From positions 1 through 64,000 of IMG/VR virus record IMGVR_UViG_3300047499_000102: DNA of 64,000 bases, one strand, 5' to 3'. Source of the stretch: a virus. Below are positions 58,541 through 64,000 of this stretch, one piece after another; position 1 is the first letter of the stretch; each line of letters opens with the position of its first letter. The position numbers were made by a program, and so were the translations under genes. Under the pieces are notes generated by a model that saw nothing but the letters and a program-made list of their open reading frames with translations, was not told the DNA's origin and ran no database searches.

Positions 58541-60751
58541 CTACTCCGGCGGCGCGGCGTTCGCAGGCTCTTTGCCGCCTTGCCCTGGCGGAGGAGTGCC
58601 CCCGGTAGACTGCGCGATGGCGTTGCCGGTGTTGATCGCACGAAGAATCTCGCCGAGGACGCGCGTCTGGTCGTCGGCTGCGCGCTGCGCGGCCTGGAGC
58701 TTGAGGGAGTCCTCGCCCGTTTGCGCGTTCAGGCGCTCGGCTACGGAGCCGCGCGTTTCCATGCCGAACAGCTTCCGCAAGCCATCCTCGTGCTTGCCTT
58801 GCTCGCGCGCCTCCGCGGCCTCTGCCCCTTCGGTCTTCACCTGGGTACCCAACTCCGCGATGGCGGCGTTGCGCTGCGCCCAGTGCTGCTTGGCGACGTC
58901 GATGGCCTCCTGGCTGTAGATCTTCTTCCCTGTCTTCTTGTCGACCTTCGATGTCGACTCCAGCAGGCGCATGTCCTCGTTGACCTGCTTGTCGTTCACG
59001 TTGTCGAGCGTCGCGAGGGCGCCCTCTCGCTTCGCGCCCGTGACCTGCGCGATCAGATTGGCGAAGCTGCTGATACCCTGCTCGATGCCCGGCGCGATCT
59101 TCAGGAATGCGGGAAGGACGGCGGTCGTGATGGAGTCGGCCATCTCGTCGAGCTTGTTGTTCATGATGGCTGCCGCCGACTGGCTGCTCGTTAGCGTGGT
59201 CTTGAACGCGCGCTGAACCTCCTCGGTGTCGAGCATCGCACTCTTGAGGCGATTGAACTCGTCCTCCACCGCCTTGATGCCCGCGTCGCCACCGCCAGCG
59301 CGGTTGTAGACGGCCTGCCATCCCGTCGCCGCTCGCGCGGCTTGTGCGCTACCGAAGAGCTGTCCAAACGTCGTCTCGTTGGACTTGCCCTGTCCGTTCG
59401 CACCCGAAGAGGCGCGAAGGGCGTTCTTCACGATGGTCAGCGGGTCCATCAACTCGGACCGACTCGCATCGGTGAAGGCTCCGTTGGCGAAGCCATGCGC
59501 CTGCCACTGCTTGACCGTCTTGGGCGTGGCGAGAGCGCGCGCGAAGCTGGAGACGCTCGTCGCCGCCGTCGTGCTGCTTGAGGCGCCGCCTTCGAGCTTC
59601 GCCTCCTGGGCGAAGACACCAAGAGTCGCGATGTTCGCAGCGGCGCCTCCCTTGAAGAAGTTGCCCGACGCGGCCACCTTCGCCATCTGCCGCGCGAGAT
59701 CCTTGACCTCGATCGCGCCGAGCTTGCCCTGCCCGGCTATCTGCCGCATGACCTTGTCGACAACCTCCGCCTTGTTCGGCATGTCGCCGAGGTGGTTCGC
59801 TACCTCCGCCGATGCGTCGGCCATGTCCTCAAGGCTTGAGCCCGTCGCCTTCGACAGGATGGCCATGCCCTTGAGGCTCTCCTGTCCGAGCTTCAGGTCG
59901 CCCGTCTTGCCCACGAAGGCCTTCAGGGCGTCGAGCGCGTCCTGCGTCTCGGTGCCCGTCTCCTCGCCGACCTGGCGCGCCTGCTTGAGGATCTCGCCCG
60001 GCGCCACCAGCGCATTGCGCCCCGGGATGTAGCCCGCGTTGGAGATCTTGCGGGCGGTGTCGTTCTGTTCCTGCGACTTGCGGACGTGCGAGGTGAAGTC
60101 GGTTTCGACCCCGATCCCTCGGAGCATGTCCTCGCCGAAACCCTCGGCGGCGTGGATGGCCGCACCGCCGTAGCCGTAGATGGCTGCGGCGCCACGCCCG
60201 ACCCGGATGCCCGCGCGGCGTCCGATACCGATGGCGCCGCCATGGCCGGACAGCTTGCCGATGTCCTTGGCGTACCAGGGTGTGGACTTCGCCGCTTTCG
60301 CCCGCTCGGCTTCGATGGCCTTGGCCGCACGCGCCGCGGCGCGGATCTCGGCCGCGGCCTGTTTGGCGGCCTCGCGCCCCGCCATCTCCGACGAGCGGCG
60401 GCGGATCGCCTCGCGGCGTTTCTCCTCCTTCTCGACCTCCGAAGTCTTCTTCTTTTCGGTCGCGATGACCTCGCCGGCGCTCTTCTTGGCGACCGCTGCC
60501 GCCTGCTTCTCGGCCTTCTCGCGGGCCCGCAGGATGCGAGTCGCCTCGCGCTCGAGTTCCTTCTCGACCTTCTCCCACTCGGAGAGCACCGGACGTGCTG
60601 AGCGGGCGCCGGTCTGTCCCGCAGCGTTGAGGTTGCGCTCGATGATCGTTCGCGCTCGCGCGCTTGATCTCTCAAGCGGCTCGAACGCCTTCAGCGCGGC
60701 CTGGTCGAGGTAAGCCCCGACCTTGATCCTCAGCGAGCCGGAGCTGGGCAT
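58541..60751 (-). CDS. Tape measure protein
   Basis: Long Ala-rich helical ORF; Q.KLGAIE.KDLA; gene position. Confidence 0.85.
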   Translation of the reverse strand: MPSSGSLRIKVGAYLDQAALKAFEPLERSSARARTIIERNLNAAGQTGARSARPVLSEWEKVEKELEREATRILRAREKAEKQAAAVAKKSAGEVIATEKKKTSEVEKEEKRREAIRRRSSEMAGREAAKQAAAEIRAAARAAKAIEAERAKAAKSTPWYAKDIGKLSGHGGAIGIGRRAGIRVGRGAAAIYGYGGAAIHAAEGFGEDMLRGIGVETDFTSHVRKSQEQNDTARKISNAGYIPGRNALVAPGEILKQARQVGEETGTETQDALDALKAFVGKTGDLKLGQESLKGMAILSKATGSSLEDMADASAEVANHLGDMPNKAEVVDKVMRQIAGQGKLGAIEVKDLARQMAKVAASGNFFKGGAAANIATLGVFAQEAKLEGGASSSTTAATSVSSFARALATPKTVKQWQAHGFANGAFTDASRSELMDPLTIVKNALRASSGANGQGKSNETTFGQLFGSAQAARAATGWQAVYNRAGGGDAGIKAVEDEFNRLKSAMLDTEEVQRAFKTTLTSSQSAAAIMNNKLDEMADSITTAVLPAFLKIAPGIEQGISSFANLIAQVTGAKREGALATLDNVNDKQVNEDMRLLESTSKVDKKTGKKIYSQEAIDVAKQHWAQRNAAIAELGTQVKTEGAEAAEAREQGKHEDGLRKLFGMETRGSVAERLNAQTGEDSLKLQAAQRAADDQTRVLGEILRAINTGNAIAQSTGGTPPPGQGGKEPANAAPPE

Positions 60752-60754
60752 GGG

Positions 60755-62058
60755 CTACCCGGAGCGCGCGACGTGCACGCTTTCAACACCGCTGCCAGCG
60801 ACGCCCTCGTCCATCAACTCGAGCAGGATGTTGTCCATCGCAATCTCTTCCTCGTCGGGCGTGTCGGGCATTGCCTCCTGAAGGTTCGAGAGTAGGTAGG
60901 CGCATAGGTGTCGCCCCTCGGTCGTGATGATGCGGCGTCCCAGATCGCTGCGTAGGCAGCGCGCGAGCAGCTTCAACTCCTCGTCAGAGGCCACGACCAT
61001 CGTGCTGCGGGCGCCGCGCTGCATGATCGTGTACTCCGACCAGAGCCATCGGAGGCTCTCGCTCGTGAGCGCGTCTCGAATGGTCACCGTGGCGTTGTCG
61101 AAGTACGGCTCGCCGACGTTGTTCGGGTTGCACGCGGCTCGAGCCAAGGCCTCGCATAGCAGGACCTCGTTGTAGGTCTCGATGCCGATCTCCTCGATGA
61201 AGGCGTCGGCGCCGCCATGCTTCGGCTGCTCCTCGTAGAAGCCGGTGGCCTCTCGCTTCGCTTCGACCCGGCAGTCCTTGAGCTCTGCGATCGACAGAGG
61301 GCGCAGACCCATGGCGACATCGACGGCGGGTCGATCCTTCCAGGTAGGCTCCCACGCGTCGACGGGCACCTTGACCACGCGCGGCGGGGTGAGCTTCTTC
61401 TTGACCTGCGCGAACGCGGTCACGAGACCGCCTCGCTATCCGCCTTCGTCCTCTGCAGCACTTCCTCCAGGGACGTCCGTATCCGCCTCACCAACTCGTC
61501 GGCGGGCAACGCCGTATCCGAGGAGATGAGCGAACGCCACAGCTTGTAGCCGGGTGAGTTGCACAGCAGGACAGCCGTAAAACGCTGCAGCAGCCATCGC
61601 ATGCTTGGCGAGAAACGGGCGAAGGCGAAAGGGTCCCCGCGTTCGCACACCTCCTCGGCATGCTTGAAGAGATCCTTGGTGCTCACCTCGTGGATGCTGG
61701 GCGAGCATTCTTGCTGCCACATCGCTTGCTGTTCGCAGAGGATGGCGACGGTGTCCTGATCCAGTTGCAGGACCTCCTTCGTGTCGGCGAACGTCGGCGT
61801 GCGAGCGCCCTCGGGAGAGTCTGGATCGAGGCATGCGAGGAGCAGCGTCTCGGCCTGTGCGTGGGCCTCGTAGATGGGATCACCGGGCCTGGGCTCGCGC
61901 ACGCCTTCCTTCTGCGCGATCTTCACGGCGCGCGCGATGATGCCGATCTCCTCCTCGAAGCTGAGGGGACAGAGCAGCACCGGGATGGACTTGCCGCCGT
62001 AGGAGAACGCCGACGCCTTCTCGGCTTTCGTGCCCTTGGCGACGTCGGAGAACTTCAT
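60755..62058 (-). CDS. Two paralogous tail assembly chaperones (61420-62058, 60755-61423)
   Basis: Between tube and tape measure; shared L.PLS..E, Y.....E.L..A..(D/N)P and L....L...Q. Confidence 0.6.
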
Positions 62059-62210
62059 GCAGCCTCAAGGAAGGTGACGTGGAGACGGGCGCCATTCGGG
62101 TCCCGCACGTCGTTCCACTCGGTGATGTGCGCCTTGATGGAGCCCACGTTCGGGCTCGCCAGCTTGGCTTCGGTCTCGTTGGCGAACGTGAGAGACGTGG
62201 CGACCATCAT
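62055..62210 (-). CDS. 51-aa ORF (missed by the ORF track) resembling part of the gpN-like domain
   Basis: ATGA overlaps on both sides; LASPNVGSIKAHITEWNDVRDPNGARLHVTFLE. Confidence 0.55.
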   Translation of the reverse strand: MMVATSLTFANETEAKLASPNVGSIKAHITEWNDVRDPNGARLHVTFLEAA

Positions 62211-62581
62211 GTCCTCTTCGTCTCACCGCCGCCGAACTCGAAGTTGCCCTCGAGGCGGCCTGTCTTCTGGTCGGTGTCGTACTCCGCCTTGATGGTGCGG
62301 AAGGTGGCGGTGTAGATGTTCGGGCCGATGGGGATGGCAACGTCGATGTCCTGCTTACCGATGAGCAGGTTCGGCAAATCCACGTCCATCTGGGTCGTCG
62401 CGGGCTGGATCGCTGTGCAGGTCAGCATCGTCTGCGAGGCTCCGTCGGAGTAGCCAAGTAGCCCCCCGTCGCCGAACTGCGGCTCGTCGCCGCTCTGCAG
62501 GGTGAACTTCGCCTGGTGCATCTGCCCCAGCTTCTTCCCGTTGATGTAGATCGAGAACGGACGGATGCGAACGTTGGCCAT
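62207..62581 (-). CDS. Tail tube protein
   Basis: 124-aa beta-rich ORF, IYINGKKLG...EGNFEF.G, downstream of the sheath. Confidence 0.75.
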   Translation of the reverse strand: MANVRIRPFSIYINGKKLGQMHQAKFTLQSGDEPQFGDGGLLGYSDGASQTMLTCTAIQPATTQMDVDLPNLLIGKQDIDVAIPIGPNIYTATFRTIKAEYDTDQKTGRLEGNFEFGGGETKRT

Positions 62582-62763
62582 GGCGGCGGGCTCCGGTGGG
62601 TAGGTGGGACGCAACGCAGATCACCCCGTTCAGCCGGGAGACCGGCATACGGGGGAGGCCATCGTGCCGATCCTCGAAGCGCAGCGACGGCTCCCAGCGA
62701 GCGCCCACCATGGGGGGACGCGCGAGAGCCTCGCCTCTTGGCGCGAGGACGGGCAGTGGTTCT

Positions 62764-63293
62764 TCAGTGAGAGCGGCCGCGGCGCACTTCGCGCTGGGCG
62801 TCACGGAGCAACTGGGCCTCACGCTGGGCGCGCTGGCGTCCGAGCGCCGCCGGGATGGCGTCGCCGGGGCCCGCGATGGCCACGGCCTTTGTCGGCTGCC
62901 CATGGGCGTTGTAGTCGAGGAGCCGCACAAGCATGCGGCTCGGTGGGTGCCATGCGTACAACACCATCAGGACTCCGTGGCGGGAGGGGGAGGCAGCAAC
63001 TTCGCGAGCCGCTCGACAGCGTCGGCGTCGGCCGCCTCGTCCTTCTCCCGAAGGCCCATGCGCCGTTCGATGATGGCGAGCCGCCAGCCGAGGGCATCCA
63101 CGCGTGGGTCCGAGGTGAGCTTGTTGCTGCCCGGCGAGACCTTGCTCCAGAAGGAACTGGAGCGGTCGATCTCGATGCTCACCTCGGCCGACGCGTGCTC
63201 GTGCGCCCCGTCGACGCTGTCCCGAACAACCATTCGAGTTGCCCGATGCAACTCGAAGGTCATGCGAGGCCCGTGGCAGCGAATGACCGCCAT
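62764..63293 (-). CDS. Two small genes between sheath and tube (62967-63293, 62764-62967)
   Basis: Coupled ORFs. Confidence 0.5.
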
Positions 63294-64000
63294 CAGGCCG
63301 CCTGCCGGACGCTGATGCCCAGCTGCGCGTCGTTCGCCTTCACGCGGACGTTGGCGGTGACCATGATGCGCTTGGCGACGTTGTCGTATACCGCCTGGAC
63401 GTCGCCGACCTGCGGAGCATCGACGATGGGCGCAACGCTGCCGCCCGTCGAGTTCGGCGTGGCCGAGGATGGGCCGAGGATTCCCCTGGAGTAGTCGACC
63501 AGGCGGGAGAAGAAGATGTTCTGTACGCGCTGCGGGTAGAGGACGCCGGCGGGCGGCTCCTTCTCGCCCGCCGAGATGTTCGGGTTGTCCTGCACGCGCG
63601 GGTTGTTCGGCGCGAGGAACGAGTTGTAGTAGAGGCGCCAGTCGGTGAGGACGAAGTCGGGGACCGATGCCTGACCCGTGTCGAAGGTGGCATAGTTCGG
63701 GCTGCCGCCGGTGAGCGACAGCGTGGTGATCGACCGCACCACGTTCATGAAGTTGTCGCCCCGGTTCGTGCTCATCACGGTCACCGAGTTGTTCAGCGCC
63801 GAGATCTTGGTCGACAAGGTCGGCCAGTCGGGCGACTGCGACTGCGGCGCCACCGTGAGCAGCGGGAAGTTGTTGTAGGCGGCGTCCGGGTCCTGCTGCT
63901 CGCTCAGCGCGCGCTGCGCAGCCATGGCTGCTGCGATGCGCGAGGGGTGCGTTTCGCAGTTGAGCGCCCACAGGTGCTGGAAGCGGGCGTTGTTCAGGTT
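63293..64000 (-). CDS. Contractile tail sheath protein, C-terminal part (truncated by the window)
   Basis: AL.N.VT......VVRSITT...D....V.DFV; frame open to the window end. Confidence 0.8.
   Translation of the reverse strand, partial: NLNNARFQHLWALNCETHPSRIAAAMAAQRALSEQQDPDAAYNNFPLLTVAPQSQSPDWPTLSTKISALNNSVTVMSTNRGDNFMNVVRSITTLSLTGGSPNYATFDTGQASVPDFVLTDWRLYYNSFLAPNNPRVQDNPNISAGEKEPPAGVLYPQRVQNIFFSRLVDYSRGILGPSSATPNSTGGSVAPIVDAPQVGDVQAVYDNVAKRIMVTANVRVKANDAQLGISVRQAA

Noticed and set aside
34373-64000. Genome-wide amber recoding
   Set aside because: TAG terminates several clearly complete genes (e.g. tape measure and hub).
51441-64000. Tailocin or eCIS rather than a phage tail
   Set aside because: It is linked to intact replication, recombination and lysis modules; head genes would lie beyond the window, so this cannot be fully excluded.

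Overview
High-GC (~70%) tailed-phage or prophage segment, probably from a myxobacterial (Polyangiales-like) host. The host call rests on a myxobacteria-type winged-helix domain and several Cys-rich lipoproteins with 'DAG' linkers. Layout: (1) 1-5050, + strand, a frameshifted parA and partner plus small early genes; (2) 5075-18115, - strand, a replication arm (DnaC-like loader, initiator with iterons, SNF2 helicase, nucleases); (3) a divergent switch at ~18200 with an RHH regulator; (4) 18232-33300, + strand, a recombination and accessory arm (SMC-like ATPase, putative annealase, Cas4-like nuclease, pentapeptide protein, MazG); (5) 33309-64000, - strand, lysis genes, a large block of lipoprotein/secreted genes and a Mu-like contractile tail, with the sheath cut by the window end. 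Main observations: (a) An IS200/IS605 element has both ends intact and a reconstructable target site, but has lost most of tnpA/tnpB, carries a MazG gene as cargo and keeps its omega-RNA end. (b) Recognisable pieces of many DNA enzymes (DpdA-like, C5 and N6 methyltransferases, ligase, HNH/EndoVII, NT5C, tyrosine recombinase) are joined at abrupt junctions, only in the accessory arms. (c) A 7-3-7 palindrome, GCATGCG-N3-CGCATGC, recurs at several promoters, including those of lipoprotein genes. (d) About ten exported proteins sit between tail and lysis genes. All family assignments come from reading motifs by eye; no database searches were run.
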